A DNA stretch of 64,000 bases from IMG/VR virus record IMGVR_UViG_3300009079_000013. One strand, 5' to 3'. The stretch is from a virus. A program made the position numbers and the translations under genes. Within the stretch, counting starts at the first letter, position 1, and every line of letters begins with the position of its first letter. Shown here piece by piece: positions 9,832 through 21,727 of the stretch. The notes below the pieces were generated by a model, which saw only the letters and a list, made by a program, of their open reading frames with translations, ran no database searches and was not told the origin of the DNA.

Positions 9832-12800
9832 CTATATTCCAAATGTACGATAATAAGCTTGCGCTGAGCCTGTTGCACTAATATCTATTTGAACTCGACA
9901 GTTGGCCGGTACTAGTACGTTTCCATACGCTTGAGGTGTACCACCGCTATATCGTTCTCTGTAATTAGGAACATATATTCCGCTTAATGGAGCAGTTTCA
10001 ACGCCTATGTATAAATATGAGTATGCTCCGCCAAACCAGAAATATGTAGTTTTATCAGATGATAATACAGGAGTAGTAGCTTGACCACCGGATCCTGAGG
10101 CAGTAAAAAATAAACTAATAGCTGTAGTAGCACTTTGTAATGCGCCAACTTTATCTCCACTTACTTGCAATTCTCCGCCTACGATTAAGTCTCCTGATAG
10201 ATAATTACTATCTTCTCCAAAAACTGTTATTCCTTGCACAGATCCTGTTGTAGTTATTCCAGCCATATTTATAGAAATAGCTGATATTTGAGTAACATTT
10301 GTAACATTAGAAACGGTTATAGCTTGGGGATAGACGACAGTAGCATCTATATTATTCATAGCAATGCTCTGCCCTATCGTAAAAAGAAGTGCAGAAGCAA
10401 CAACATCTGATATATCATTGATTTTTATATCTTGACCGAGTATGGACGGGAAGCTGGACGGCGCTGTCGAATATTTAACTCCATTTGCTTCTATAGAGAC
10501 ACCTGTTACAGCGTTGTTAGTCACATCAGTGATACTTTTAGGTTTAATTGCTACGTTAACTCCACCATCGGTATGTATACCCTGTCCACTGTCTACCCAT
10601 AGGCCTCCTGAACCTATAGTTGCAGAATTTCTAACCTGTAAATTTTTACCAATTGAAACGTTATTAGATACTTTAATATCTTTAGATTGAATATTTCCTA
10701 TCATGGCGGTAGGTGCGTTTATTCCATCTATTTCTATAGAACGTACACCGCCTGTATCTGTATTATTAGTTACGGCAAGAGTATAAATCTTATTACCAAC
10801 CATAGTCATTTTTCCGGGTTTCCCATTACCTGTTCCAGTTCCAAAGGTCTCAACGGGATCTAACAATAAAGGAAACGAATAATCTGTGATATCGTAATTT
10901 ATAATACACGATCTAGCATTAGCCACATCTTCTGCATAGACATATAAATATCTACCTGATATTTCAACGTCATGGCCTGTGTAATTAACGGGGAGAGCAG
11001 TTGCACTTATTAAAGCAGGTGTAGATGAAATTCTATTTGTTCTATATATGTATAGTTTATTTAAGTAGACTACAAATATCCTATCTCCTATTACTTTAAT
11101 TGAACCCGAGATACTACCGGTCGTAGGAATAACTGTGAAGCTATCTATAGTAGTAGCATTTGTTAAAGTTGTACTTAACTTAGTTGGTTCGTGTAAAGAT
11201 ACTTTATAGATTTGCAAAGCTCCTAGTGAAGTCATAGACAAAGTATACGCTACGTTATTCTGTATGTCAAAATCAATATGTCTACAAAGACTCTTGGTAT
11301 CTATATAAGCGCCATCTACATACGGACGTCTTGGGTCAGTTATATCAATTGCTATTATATTGGAATCATTTAATGCAGTATCTGATTTATCTGTCATTAC
11401 ATAAGCCCAGTTTCCATTTATTTTTACTCTTCTAGAATAATTTAGATCAGGAATGGTAGCACCTTGATATGTCGAACCTGTCATAAAAGAGGAAAACGTT
11501 GTGGACGCACCTAGCCAGGAAACAATTTTAACGTCTCTTTTATCTGAATCTAATTCAAACACTAAAAATGAATCTTTGAAATGAACATCTGGGCTAATTG
11601 GAGGGGCAAAAGAAATGGGTATTTTTCTAACTATTATTCCATATTTTCCAGCAAAAACAATATCTCTAGCGTTAGTTAGTGGAATTGATCCGTTAAACAC
11701 ACGACTAGAATTTACGTATCCAGGAAAAGGCCCATCTCCATGTGGGTTTCCATGTATATCATAAGAGTCACTGCCATCTCCTGCATTAATATCGGAATTT
11801 TGAACAAAGCTGTTTACTAGCATTGTAGAATTAGGATCTGATATGTCCCATATTTTAAGAGTACCTGCGACACTAACAGAGGCAGGTAAAGTACCATTGT
11901 TTGACTGTACTGCCATCAAATATTGGCCATCTGAAAATATATTACCATAACCTTGTGCATCTGTTGTCGTTTGAAGAATGGAATCTAGCATTTCAGATTC
12001 ATAAGGGCTATAGCTATCTGTATATATTTTATTTAGAGAACCTTTATCAAAGTATAAATCTCCTTTTATGTAAGTTCTGTCTAAAAAGTCACTTACATTA
12101 ATAATACCATAGTCTCCATATAAAGATGTTGGTAAGGTTCCTGTTAGTTGACTCTCTATGTTTCTAACGATTCCTATAGAAATAGAATAGTTATCAAGTT
12201 TAAATTCTATACCGTCTGATGAAATATCTAACACTGAAGTTTCTTTTAAAGGTTCAGATGTTCCTATTTTTGTATAAAACCTAGATTGTTGAGGAGTTCC
12301 TGTGTCTATATTATACACGGGTGTTTCGAATTCAAAGAAACCTTGTTGATCTATAAGAGTTAGATTACCCTCATCTTCAGGTAAAGTTAATGAAAATTTA
12401 GCTTTGTTAATAATTTCATTAGACAACGGATAATAACTAGGTGTAGATATAGACTTAGTATATTTTAATTTTAAATTATTATTGATTTCACTAAGCAAGG
12501 TGTCTGGACCGTCTGTATATAAAGAACCTAATTCTAAATGGTACCTTCCAAGAGGCGATGCTGTATGATCAACCGATATAGTTTGTATAGCATTAAATTC
12601 ATCATCTGTGCTTGCTGGAAAATTATCTATTGTAGTAACTTTTTCATTCCAATTATTGAGAAGCAAAGTATCATTATTAGCAGAATTAGCTAGAGTAATG
12701 TCTGTGTTTATATCAGCTAAGTCATTTCCATGTCTAGTGAATGTTATATACCTATTATCGTCTGGGCTAGCTAGTCCAAACCCTCTTATAAAAGGAGTAG

Positions 12801-13167
12801 ATCCACTTGATATAATATTATTTACTATACTAGTAAAGTCAGTTATTTGAATCCAAGTGGATGGAGAACCTTGATATTGATATACACTGCTGCTTATAGT
12901 TTCTAAGTAAAAATCTCCTATTAATAAATCTGTAAAAATCTGAGTGTTAGGATCTCCTACTCCAACGAACCACTTATTTCCTCGTTGACCGTTGTCGCCT
13001 TGAATACCCTGAGGTCCAGCGGATCCTAATGGACCGGCTATACCCTGAGGACCAGGTTGACCTATTCCTAATTCTAATAGTTTGTTAAAGTTAAAATTTA
13101 CCTTGTCTACATAGATATCCTGTGCATCAGATGAAAATAGTTCTTTAAGATTTATAATGACTGCCAT
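9832..13167 (-). CDS. Tail fibre / virion appendage protein with short collagen stretch and LVIVD-like propeller repeats
   Basis: DKVNFNFNKL followed by GQPGPQGIAGPLGSAGPQGIQGDNGQRG; repeats such as IWDISDP, AIDITDP, VEISGRYLYV, YDITD. Confidence 0.7.
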   Translation of the reverse strand: MAVIINLKELFSSDAQDIYVDKVNFNFNKLLELGIGQPGPQGIAGPLGSAGPQGIQGDNGQRGNKWFVGVGDPNTQIFTDLLIGDFYLETISSSVYQYQGSPSTWIQITDFTSIVNNIISSGSTPFIRGFGLASPDDNRYITFTRHGNDLADINTDITLANSANNDTLLLNNWNEKVTTIDNFPASTDDEFNAIQTISVDHTASPLGRYHLELGSLYTDGPDTLLSEINNNLKLKYTKSISTPSYYPLSNEIINKAKFSLTLPEDEGNLTLIDQQGFFEFETPVYNIDTGTPQQSRFYTKIGTSEPLKETSVLDISSDGIEFKLDNYSISIGIVRNIESQLTGTLPTSLYGDYGIINVSDFLDRTYIKGDLYFDKGSLNKIYTDSYSPYESEMLDSILQTTTDAQGYGNIFSDGQYLMAVQSNNGTLPASVSVAGTLKIWDISDPNSTMLVNSFVQNSDINAGDGSDSYDIHGNPHGDGPFPGYVNSSRVFNGSIPLTNARDIVFAGKYGIIVRKIPISFAPPISPDVHFKDSFLVFELDSDKRDVKIVSWLGASTTFSSFMTGSTYQGATIPDLNYSRRVKINGNWAYVMTDKSDTALNDSNIIAIDITDPRRPYVDGAYIDTKSLCRHIDFDIQNNVAYTLSMTSLGALQIYKVSLHEPTKLSTTLTNATTIDSFTVIPTTGSISGSIKVIGDRIFVVYLNKLYIYRTNRISSTPALISATALPVNYTGHDVEISGRYLYVYAEDVANARSCIINYDITDYSFPLLLDPVETFGTGTGNGKPGKMTMVGNKIYTLAVTNNTDTGGVRSIEIDGINAPTAMIGNIQSKDIKVSNNVSIGKNLQVRNSATIGSGGLWVDSGQGIHTDGGVNVAIKPKSITDVTNNAVTGVSIEANGVKYSTAPSSFPSILGQDIKINDISDVVASALLFTIGQSIAMNNIDATVVYPQAITVSNVTNVTQISAISINMAGITTTGSVQGITVFGEDSNYLSGDLIVGGELQVSGDKVGALQSATTAISLFFTASGSGGQATTPVLSSDKTTYFWFGGAYSYLYIGVETAPLSGIYVPNYRERYSGGTPQAYGNVLVPANCRVQIDISATGSAQAYYRTFGI

Positions 13168-13169
13168 GT

Positions 13170-16100
13170 TTAAATAAATTTCATTTTAATTTTTGGACTA
13201 ACTAAGGTTCCGCTCTCACTGTTTTTGTTAAAGCTAAATCTCAATATCAATCTTTCATATTTATTTATCTCTAGATTTTTATTAATAAAAAAATCTTGCT
13301 CATTACGTTGGTTATCGTCTAATGAAACAAATTTTATATTATTTGAGTTATCAGGAGTTTGTAATTGAGATACTAGTTTTCTATCTTGTTTTGTATAAAA
13401 GAATAGCTCCTGGGTTTCATATAATTTTAATATATTAAGTTTGATATATTTGTTTACATATTCATCTATAGATTCATAAGGTCCTAGGTATTGTTCTTCA
13501 TTTACCAAGTACTCATAGAATTTATTAGATATGCCAGAATCTGTAAAGTACCTAGTTAAAATATTATTTAAGTTTATGAATCCTTCTATTCCTTTGGAAG
13601 TTTCTTTTGAAACAATTTCTATGTTATCTAAGTTAACGTTCTCTAATAGTTCTAGCTCAGATAATTCTAAAACATTGTAATTTTCTAAAGATACTTCATT
13701 TGGTAAATTTATAAGTTTTCCAATAAAAGAATCATCTTCTTCTATTCTAAGGGAACCGGCTACCGGTTTAGAAGAAGATTTATCTAAATATCCATGATGA
13801 AATCCAAATTCCCAATTAGAATTAAATAAGAAGTATGGTTTTTTACCAATTGCTATTTCATCTATTAGCTCGTATCTAGGTTCAAAGGAGTCGTTAGCTT
13901 CTAAATCTAGTATTTTAATTGGAGATATTTTTATATGAGAAAAATTTTCGATTGTTCCAAATGAATCAACACTTGTGTTATAAGAAACATTAGCTAAATC
14001 TAAATTTTTTAAAGTAACATTTTTAGTAAAGGTATAACTAGAGTTAAAAAACAATACGTCTGTAAAGATAGGTTCAAATGTTCCTTTGTATCTGTTTATT
14101 TCATAGTTATTATCTAATTTAGAGGTATAATAATCGTAACCTATAGTTTCTATAAAAGAAAAATTAGAAGGTCTATTGCTATCATATAAAGCGGCTAACC
14201 CTTGTTTTTTAATTATAGTTTCATTATCAGGTATTTCAATATAATACTTAGGTGATGCTATTTGAGTTGGTGTGCCGCTTGAGTCTAGTTCCCAACTTTC
14301 ATATTCTATAAAATCGTTTAATTCGTTTACATATTGTTTGAATCTTGCAAAAGAAAGTTTTTCTATTATTTTTTCATAATAACCTTCTCCTGAAACCATA
14401 GATTTAAATGTAAATAGATCTCGGTATACCGGGGTTGGAATACCTGTTGGGATATTTCCAGCAAATGAAGAAACATTGCTTGTTAAAGATATATTTACAC
14501 CTGAAGGTAAATTTTTTATTTCTAAACCATTGCTTACTGCTTTTAAAACTCCGTTATTTAGCAATGGAGTAAACCCGGTTTGAGTGTCTAAGAAAGAATC
14601 AGTTGATATAGATTTAAATCTAGGGATAATAAAAGTATCAGACTTAGATTTAACTACTTCATCTAAAATATTAGATGGATAATTTAATATATTTGGGTTA
14701 TCAATAGTTTCAATTAAATTAGAGCCTCCTAAGAAAGCACCACTTGGTCCTAAATCTACCTTTGAACTTAATTTTATGTTTGAATAATTATCAAGTATAT
14801 TATTATATTTTTTATGTTTTAAAGAATACAATAAAGAGTATGTTATATTTGAAATATCTATACCAGTAGAAGGCTCATTTTCAAAAGATATTCTATAGTC
14901 TCCGTTAACCGTGTTATAAAGTTGATTAAATGGATCTAAAGGGTCTGGGGAAAGAAAGTTGCTAGTTTTAACTGATGTTATTCCGCTTAAATCCTGTTCT
15001 GCTAATTCTTTCCATAAATCTCCTATGTTATCATATGATCCTATTTGTAATTCTATAACTATTAATATAAACTTAAAATCTTTATGCTCTATTGATCTAT
15101 ATTTTATAGGTGGTTTAGTGTCATCATTTATGTCTTCTTTTACCGTTTTTAGAATACATGAAAATTTATAATTTTCAAAACGAGTAGTGCTTGGGTTTGA
15201 GATAGGCTTTCTGTCTGCTCCTAAATCATTTACGTTTATAACATCTTCAAAACTTACTTTAAATCCTTTTAGAAATGTTTCAAACTGACTAACTTCGTTT
15301 TTTGAAATTATAGAATATCTAGTTTGTGTTTCACCTACTTCTTTTCCTGCAAAAGAAGGAGTATATGTAAAATAATTTATGAAATAATCTTCTTCACTTA
15401 ACAGCTTTGATTCGTCTAGTGGAACGTCAAAATAGCTATTATTTAACTTTGAAGTTTTTTCATCATTTAAATATTCAAACCTTGATTCTAAATAAAACCA
15501 TTCATGTGTAAAATTAGAAGGATTTTGAGTAGTATCATCGTGACTAGGTGAAAAATTATTAAACCCAAATATTAATTCATCGTTTAATCTATAAGGATTA
15601 TTTCTAGCGTCTTTACCATTTAGCAAAGACCATTTTGTTATATAAGGAATAAGCTTAGATTCTAAAGAAAAATCTTTTGTGTAGTTTTCTTTATAGTAAT
15701 CATACTCTGTTTGAGTAATACCATTTAAATATCGTTCTCTTCTGTTAAATTGTTCATTATTTTCTTCATCTACTACTTTTGAAGGATCTTTAAGTAAGAA
15801 AAAGCCTTCGAAATCTTGTATTTCTTGATTTTGATCGTTGTATGGTATAACAGACGACCCTACATTAGACGTCAAGTCTACGTCTTCATAAGAAACAACA
15901 GGATTACCTGATTCAATATCATAAAATTTAGGATCACCTGTGCTTATTGGTCCAAAAACATCTCCACCAGAGTAAGAAGCACCATTCCATGTAATAGAAG
16001 AACCTCTCCCATATACTTGATATGTAGATCCTTCTTTTAATATATTAGTTTTACTAGGTATATAATAAAATTGATATAGGTCATTTATAGGAAAGTTTAA

Positions 16101-18167
16101 ATATTTACTTGAATAGAAATCGAAATCAAAATCGCGGATAGGTAAAAACGAAACAAAACCAAAGGAAGGCCTATGTATTAATTTTAGAATAGCCTCTCCA
16201 AATCTTATGAATGGTTTTTCCTCTAATTCAAGAACAACGGCTATTTTATTGAAGTAATCGTTATATCCTGATGAAATAGTATCTATATAGTTAGACACTT
16301 TTTTTATTTTAGACCAACCATTTTCTGTTCTAACTACTACATCACCTATGTTGTTTTCTAGTTTTTCCCTTTGATCAACTTCCATTATTAATCTATTTCC
16401 AGAATAAGAAGAACCTCCTTCAAAATTAAAGATGGTACCTATTAAAGAACTGCCCGTAGAATTTTTTATTTCTATAGGGCTATAATCTAAGCTTGGTGAT
16501 TGGAATTCAAATGAAAACTTAGTATCATGATCACCATATGAAGATGATCTAACAAATATGTACTCGTCTATTTGAGTGACCCTGAACGCTCTGTTTCTAA
16601 AATTACTTAGACAACCAATAATTGCATTACTTATTTCACTAGGATCACCCGTTGCATTAAAATAAAAAGTATCATAACCCGTTATATTATCTATATCATT
16701 GTAATAGTAATAGTCACCTGGGTTAGGAACAGATGGATAACCTATAGCCGCAATTATTTCATCATGTTTTCCATTAGTGTCAGTCTTAGTTCCACTTGGG
16801 TGATAAAATTTTATAATATCACCGTTTTTGAATTCAGATAATATTTTAAAGTATGAACTTGAGTATCCTGGATTAGATGTTGAAAAAGCTGTATCCTGTA
16901 AAAAGTCTCTACCTGGTCCAAAAAACTTACCTATGTTTATTTCTGTTTTAGATAATCTTATTTTACCAGTATCTAATTCATTAGACGAATTATCTAAGTC
17001 TTCGTTTATAGGATTATCGTTAAGTTTAAAAGAATATAGGTTTCCATCTTTATCATTAACATAATTCATATACATATTATCTTTATCAGAATAGGTATCA
17101 TTGAATTCTGACATTAATAATTGAGTATCTTTATATGGAAAAAGTACACCATTTGAATTTTTTTGAATAATATTAATGTCTTCGTAATCTTTTACATTTC
17201 TTCTTATTCTAGGAGTATTTTGCCAAGTTGCACGTTCATTGTAAACTCGATCTATATCAGTTGATATTTTATCTAATTCTATTTTATTAATATAAAAACC
17301 TACATATCTATTAAAATCGTATTGATCGGAAGTTTCATCGTTAAATATAAATTCAATGTTGATTATATTAGGATATATTATTCCATTTCTTTCATATCCT
17401 TGTGTAATAAATTGTTCAAAATGCTTTAATGGAGCAGCTGATGAATAGAAATCAGATAATAATTCACTTTTGCTTCCAAATGAACCTGAGTTCATTAATA
17501 TACCATTAAATTTAGTGTAAGAATCATCTTCATAATTCATAGTTAGCCCTCCTGTTGGAAAGTTTAAATCGGAAACGTATTTTCTTAAGTATGACCCGAC
17601 TTTGCTAGATTCTGTTAAGTCGAATGTTTTAATTATTGTTGATTTCTCAAACATATCAATTAAATATTCGTCTTTAGTAAATGGGTATTTAGCCTTTGAT
17701 TTATCTATTTTGTAATTTATAGGGTCGTTTATTTTAAAAATTACAAAATACTCAGGCAAATCTTTCTTTAAGTATATCGGAGCAAAGTAAGATAACCTTT
17801 CTTCGTATTGTTTAGAAGGAAAGTATCGAGCTCCGCTAAAGTATTCTGAAAAATCATACTGATCTTTATAATCATTAGAAGTCTTTGTTTTAGATAAAGT
17901 TTCATTTAATGAAAATGCTATTTCATTTGGAGTTTTACCGTTACCATAAAAGTTATAAAGGTTAGCTGGATGAGTTATACCAGGATTAACTGAGAATTTT
18001 TTATATTTATCGTCTGCTAATTCTGAAGATACTTCAATTGAATCTAACCACATTTGATCGGATTCATTAACTGTAAGTTTTACATTTGTTGTTAATTTAG
18101 GGTTAGTCCTGATTAACTGAAAACTAGTAGTATCATTTAATATTTTATTATACTTTATATTTTTCAT
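13170..18167 (-). CDS. Large virion structural protein (baseplate region)
   Basis: 1665 aa uninterrupted ORF, 2-6 nt spacing to neighbours in the structural operon. Confidence 0.6.
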   Translation of the reverse strand: MKNIKYNKILNDTTSFQLIRTNPKLTTNVKLTVNESDQMWLDSIEVSSELADDKYKKFSVNPGITHPANLYNFYGNGKTPNEIAFSLNETLSKTKTSNDYKDQYDFSEYFSGARYFPSKQYEERLSYFAPIYLKKDLPEYFVIFKINDPINYKIDKSKAKYPFTKDEYLIDMFEKSTIIKTFDLTESSKVGSYLRKYVSDLNFPTGGLTMNYEDDSYTKFNGILMNSGSFGSKSELLSDFYSSAAPLKHFEQFITQGYERNGIIYPNIINIEFIFNDETSDQYDFNRYVGFYINKIELDKISTDIDRVYNERATWQNTPRIRRNVKDYEDINIIQKNSNGVLFPYKDTQLLMSEFNDTYSDKDNMYMNYVNDKDGNLYSFKLNDNPINEDLDNSSNELDTGKIRLSKTEINIGKFFGPGRDFLQDTAFSTSNPGYSSSYFKILSEFKNGDIIKFYHPSGTKTDTNGKHDEIIAAIGYPSVPNPGDYYYYNDIDNITGYDTFYFNATGDPSEISNAIIGCLSNFRNRAFRVTQIDEYIFVRSSSYGDHDTKFSFEFQSPSLDYSPIEIKNSTGSSLIGTIFNFEGGSSYSGNRLIMEVDQREKLENNIGDVVVRTENGWSKIKKVSNYIDTISSGYNDYFNKIAVVLELEEKPFIRFGEAILKLIHRPSFGFVSFLPIRDFDFDFYSSKYLNFPINDLYQFYYIPSKTNILKEGSTYQVYGRGSSITWNGASYSGGDVFGPISTGDPKFYDIESGNPVVSYEDVDLTSNVGSSVIPYNDQNQEIQDFEGFFLLKDPSKVVDEENNEQFNRRERYLNGITQTEYDYYKENYTKDFSLESKLIPYITKWSLLNGKDARNNPYRLNDELIFGFNNFSPSHDDTTQNPSNFTHEWFYLESRFEYLNDEKTSKLNNSYFDVPLDESKLLSEEDYFINYFTYTPSFAGKEVGETQTRYSIISKNEVSQFETFLKGFKVSFEDVINVNDLGADRKPISNPSTTRFENYKFSCILKTVKEDINDDTKPPIKYRSIEHKDFKFILIVIELQIGSYDNIGDLWKELAEQDLSGITSVKTSNFLSPDPLDPFNQLYNTVNGDYRISFENEPSTGIDISNITYSLLYSLKHKKYNNILDNYSNIKLSSKVDLGPSGAFLGGSNLIETIDNPNILNYPSNILDEVVKSKSDTFIIPRFKSISTDSFLDTQTGFTPLLNNGVLKAVSNGLEIKNLPSGVNISLTSNVSSFAGNIPTGIPTPVYRDLFTFKSMVSGEGYYEKIIEKLSFARFKQYVNELNDFIEYESWELDSSGTPTQIASPKYYIEIPDNETIIKKQGLAALYDSNRPSNFSFIETIGYDYYTSKLDNNYEINRYKGTFEPIFTDVLFFNSSYTFTKNVTLKNLDLANVSYNTSVDSFGTIENFSHIKISPIKILDLEANDSFEPRYELIDEIAIGKKPYFLFNSNWEFGFHHGYLDKSSSKPVAGSLRIEEDDSFIGKLINLPNEVSLENYNVLELSELELLENVNLDNIEIVSKETSKGIEGFINLNNILTRYFTDSGISNKFYEYLVNEEQYLGPYESIDEYVNKYIKLNILKLYETQELFFYTKQDRKLVSQLQTPDNSNNIKFVSLDDNQRNEQDFFINKNLEINKYERLILRFSFNKNSESGTLVSPKIKMKFI

Positions 18168-18173
18168 CTATTT

Positions 18174-21100
18174 CTAGAAAGAAGCACTTGAAAGACCGCT
18201 TGCTGGAATAATTGGTGCATCTAAACTGGTTACTTTTTTATATTGACAATTAACTTTTAAATCAAAAGAAAATGGTACATCATCTTTTATATAGATATCT
18301 ATCCCTAGTTTCTTAGAATATTTTATATTAGTTAATGCCCCATTGGTTCTGTAACCTCCAACATTTCCTAATTTGTCAGAACATCTGAATTGAAATAGTA
18401 TTGGGATATTTAAAGAATTTTCCGAGCCCGTTATAATTTCTTTATAAGAAAGTCTTGGGTGATTTCCTTCAACTGATATGGTTTCATAATTTAAAGGAAA
18501 AGGATATAGATAAGCTCCACATGTATATTTACCTATTAAGTATTCGTCATTTGGTATAAACCCTAGTTTAATAGGATAATCTTCATCGCTTCTAAGTGGA
18601 TTACTGACAGGTATATTAGGTAAACGTCTAGTTACTTGATTTAAATAATTTACTCCAAATACGTTTGTTCTATCTGTTTCAGAAGTTTCAAAATGAAGTG
18701 CGTGTGAAAATTTATAATAAACTTGATTTGAAACAGATACCGGTGTATTGAATAAAGGTCTAAATAAATCTTCTCCTTGAGTACCTGTAGAAAAATCCCA
18801 TGAGTTTCCTAACGATTGTATTTCAGGATGGTCTACGTGTATACAAAATTCGCTTATTACACCTCCATCTTCAGGAAGACCTGTTACATCTGTTGTTCCT
18901 TTCCATACATTCGACCGCGTACCTCCATCCGGATACGTTGCAGTAACGCCAGGAGTAAAAGGTAAATAGTTACCGCCATTGTATGGAACGGTGTCTGAAC
19001 CTACAGTTTGTCCATTAAAAGTATAACCTCCTAAATAATTCTCAAAAGTATCATATAAAGAATTAGATAATCCAAAATCTTTATATCTTGAATATAAAAC
19101 TTGACTTTTAACTTGAGAAGATTGATTACCGGGCGATTGTTTAATACTACCTAATTCTGAACTTCCTATTTCAGTTATGCTTAAAGAAGGTAAATCGTAC
19201 CTACGGTTAACGTGATAATCCTGATCGGGATTAGCCGATGGATCAGATAAAGGAGCTGCTTCGTCTATTCCTCCCATTAGTAAAGATATCAGCTCTAAAG
19301 AGGTTGCAGATGAATTTTCTATAGAAAGAATATATTGTGATGTAATAATTTGTCCTTCATTGTATACAGTTGTACCTCCCGTTGTATCTTTTATAAGATC
19401 TTTATAAAATCCAGCGAAAAGATCTACAGTTTGACCATTTTTTATTTCTGTACTATCGCCGTTTGGTGAAATTACTGATACTTTTATTACACCTTTTGCT
19501 TCAGATATCGATTGCTGTAAAGATTCTAGACTAGATTGAACGCTTCTTAATTGTTCAAATAGATCTACGACGTTTCCTTCGTTTGTAAAAAATCCACTTG
19601 ATATATCCTTGGCTTGATGAGCAAAGAATCTTTCACCTGTTGTAAATTGAGAATCTAAGTGTAAATCAAGACCTTTAGCGTTCAATTCATCTTGAAATTC
19701 TATTCTAGATTTTTCAGCTATGAATCGGGTTGCAATTGCATTTCCCTCTTCTTCTGATTCTATTTCTGAAGGAAACTCTACCTGAACGGACTCTGACCAA
19801 TCGGATTGAGCTGAGTTTTCAGGCCAACCTGCTTCTGAAATAGACTTAACTTGTAATTCTAGTATTTCACCTTTTCTAATTGTTATCGCTAATTGATTCA
19901 CATTTACTGCGTCTGCGTCTGAAACGTTTTCATCTGCCCATTCATATAAACCTGTATTCTCATTAAGAGTTCTACTTTTTGATTTAGTTAATCGTTCAGT
20001 CCATGGAGAAAATACTGCAAATTTCTTAGTACCATTGCTTTCCACAAACTCGCTTTGAGTAGCATTAGCGGCAGTTCCTTTTTTGCTTAAGTATCTAAAC
20101 CTATATTTAAATTGAACAATCTCTTGTTTTCCGTATTGGCTAGGTTTGGCTTCAGGTATTTGCCAAAATCCTCTAACTTGATATTTAGAAGAAGTAACAA
20201 ATTGAGGTGTTGTTGCAACAGTCAAAGTAACATCTCTAACTAAGGTAGATATTCTATCCTGTAATACTTTCCTATCCTCTGTTTTCTTTTTAATTTCTTT
20301 TTCTATACGTTGTTTTTCAGCTTGCGTCTTTACCTTAGTTGTAATTTCAGCTTTTAAATCAGTTATTTTTCTATCTGTTTCTTTTTGCTGGGAAAGAGCG
20401 TCTTCTTTTTCTTTTATCTTAGATTTTAATTGTAACGTGTTTTCTGCCTCTTTTATATGAGAATCTATTTGAATAACCTGAAAATTACCTGAGTCTAGGA
20501 CTGGCGCATCAGGCGTTTCTGCTAAAATAGCAGGTATCTTTTTATCTTTTGCTAAATTTAGTAGAATTAATCCAAAATCAGAAACAAAATTATTGTAATA
20601 ATCTTCTAAAGTACTTTCACTATCATCATCTAATGGAATAGTTAATTCATTAGTATATACACCAAATCCTTTTGAATATGAATCAACTGTTAAGTTTTGT
20701 TTTTTACTTATGGGTTTTGCAAAAACTATTTCTCTTTCATTAAAACCTACGTTTACTTGTAACTCTGGAATTACGTATACACTAGGCTTTATCTTAAGGA
20801 TAGATGCGCCTATAGTAATAGGATCTACTCCAAACACAGATTCTAAAACAACTTCGGTGTTTGTTGCGTTTACAGAAGTTACTTCATATTCGGAATCTTC
20901 TTTCGTAATTAGTCTATCTCCTACTGAAATAAACAAAGCTCCTTCTTCATCTGAAAGAACATCCGAATATTGTAATGTATTTAATATGTATTTTCTTCTT
21001 ATGACAGAGACATCTGACCCAGTTGTATTGTCAGTTATTTCTTCTTCTAAAATTCTAAGTACATCAAAATCTCCTCTGTATCTATTGATTCCAACAGGTA

Positions 21101-21722
21101 AGTCAACAATATTATCGTCTTCTACATAATCTATTCCTTCTGCTTCTAAATCATCTATAACAGTGTCTAAATCTAAATTATTAACACCTTTATAATTCGT
21201 ATCAAAATAACTTAGATCATCGTCTAAAATAGAATTAATAATTATTCTTTTTACTGAAAATCTATTAATATCATCAGTTACAATAGAACTTATATCTAAA
21301 CTAACAAAAAGAAGAGGATTTAAAAAGGATTCAAAAAACCAGTTGTTTTTAACTCTAAAATCCGTTGGTACTGTGAAAGTGGTTTCATCGATGCTTTCTA
21401 ACTCACTAATTAGTGAAGATATTTTTTGTAATTCAAATTTCCTTACATCTCCATTCTCAGATTTAATACCTATTACATCGTCATTATTGTTTATTAAAGT
21501 ATTAAAATTGTTATTGATATCTTCTATTTTACCTTTCATGTATCCAAAGGATGGTACACTTATGTTATATTTAGAACCATCATCTTTAGTTTGACTAACG
21601 TCTACATTGTCAGATTTAGATATTAAAATATTATTTAAGCTATACAAAAAAGAATTCATGTTATCAATGTCAACTGATAATCTATTTAGTACGTCCTGTA
21701 ATGAATTTTGTGTTTTAGGCAT
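18174..21722 (-). CDS. Large virion structural protein with central coiled coil
   Basis: 1182 aa; K/E-rich heptad stretch and FN3-like WSESVQVEF segment. Confidence 0.6.
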   Translation of the reverse strand: MPKTQNSLQDVLNRLSVDIDNMNSFLYSLNNILISKSDNVDVSQTKDDGSKYNISVPSFGYMKGKIEDINNNFNTLINNNDDVIGIKSENGDVRKFELQKISSLISELESIDETTFTVPTDFRVKNNWFFESFLNPLLFVSLDISSIVTDDINRFSVKRIIINSILDDDLSYFDTNYKGVNNLDLDTVIDDLEAEGIDYVEDDNIVDLPVGINRYRGDFDVLRILEEEITDNTTGSDVSVIRRKYILNTLQYSDVLSDEEGALFISVGDRLITKEDSEYEVTSVNATNTEVVLESVFGVDPITIGASILKIKPSVYVIPELQVNVGFNEREIVFAKPISKKQNLTVDSYSKGFGVYTNELTIPLDDDSESTLEDYYNNFVSDFGLILLNLAKDKKIPAILAETPDAPVLDSGNFQVIQIDSHIKEAENTLQLKSKIKEKEDALSQQKETDRKITDLKAEITTKVKTQAEKQRIEKEIKKKTEDRKVLQDRISTLVRDVTLTVATTPQFVTSSKYQVRGFWQIPEAKPSQYGKQEIVQFKYRFRYLSKKGTAANATQSEFVESNGTKKFAVFSPWTERLTKSKSRTLNENTGLYEWADENVSDADAVNVNQLAITIRKGEILELQVKSISEAGWPENSAQSDWSESVQVEFPSEIESEEEGNAIATRFIAEKSRIEFQDELNAKGLDLHLDSQFTTGERFFAHQAKDISSGFFTNEGNVVDLFEQLRSVQSSLESLQQSISEAKGVIKVSVISPNGDSTEIKNGQTVDLFAGFYKDLIKDTTGGTTVYNEGQIITSQYILSIENSSATSLELISLLMGGIDEAAPLSDPSANPDQDYHVNRRYDLPSLSITEIGSSELGSIKQSPGNQSSQVKSQVLYSRYKDFGLSNSLYDTFENYLGGYTFNGQTVGSDTVPYNGGNYLPFTPGVTATYPDGGTRSNVWKGTTDVTGLPEDGGVISEFCIHVDHPEIQSLGNSWDFSTGTQGEDLFRPLFNTPVSVSNQVYYKFSHALHFETSETDRTNVFGVNYLNQVTRRLPNIPVSNPLRSDEDYPIKLGFIPNDEYLIGKYTCGAYLYPFPLNYETISVEGNHPRLSYKEIITGSENSLNIPILFQFRCSDKLGNVGGYRTNGALTNIKYSKKLGIDIYIKDDVPFSFDLKVNCQYKKVTSLDAPIIPASGLSSASF

Positions 21723-21727
21723 TTTTT

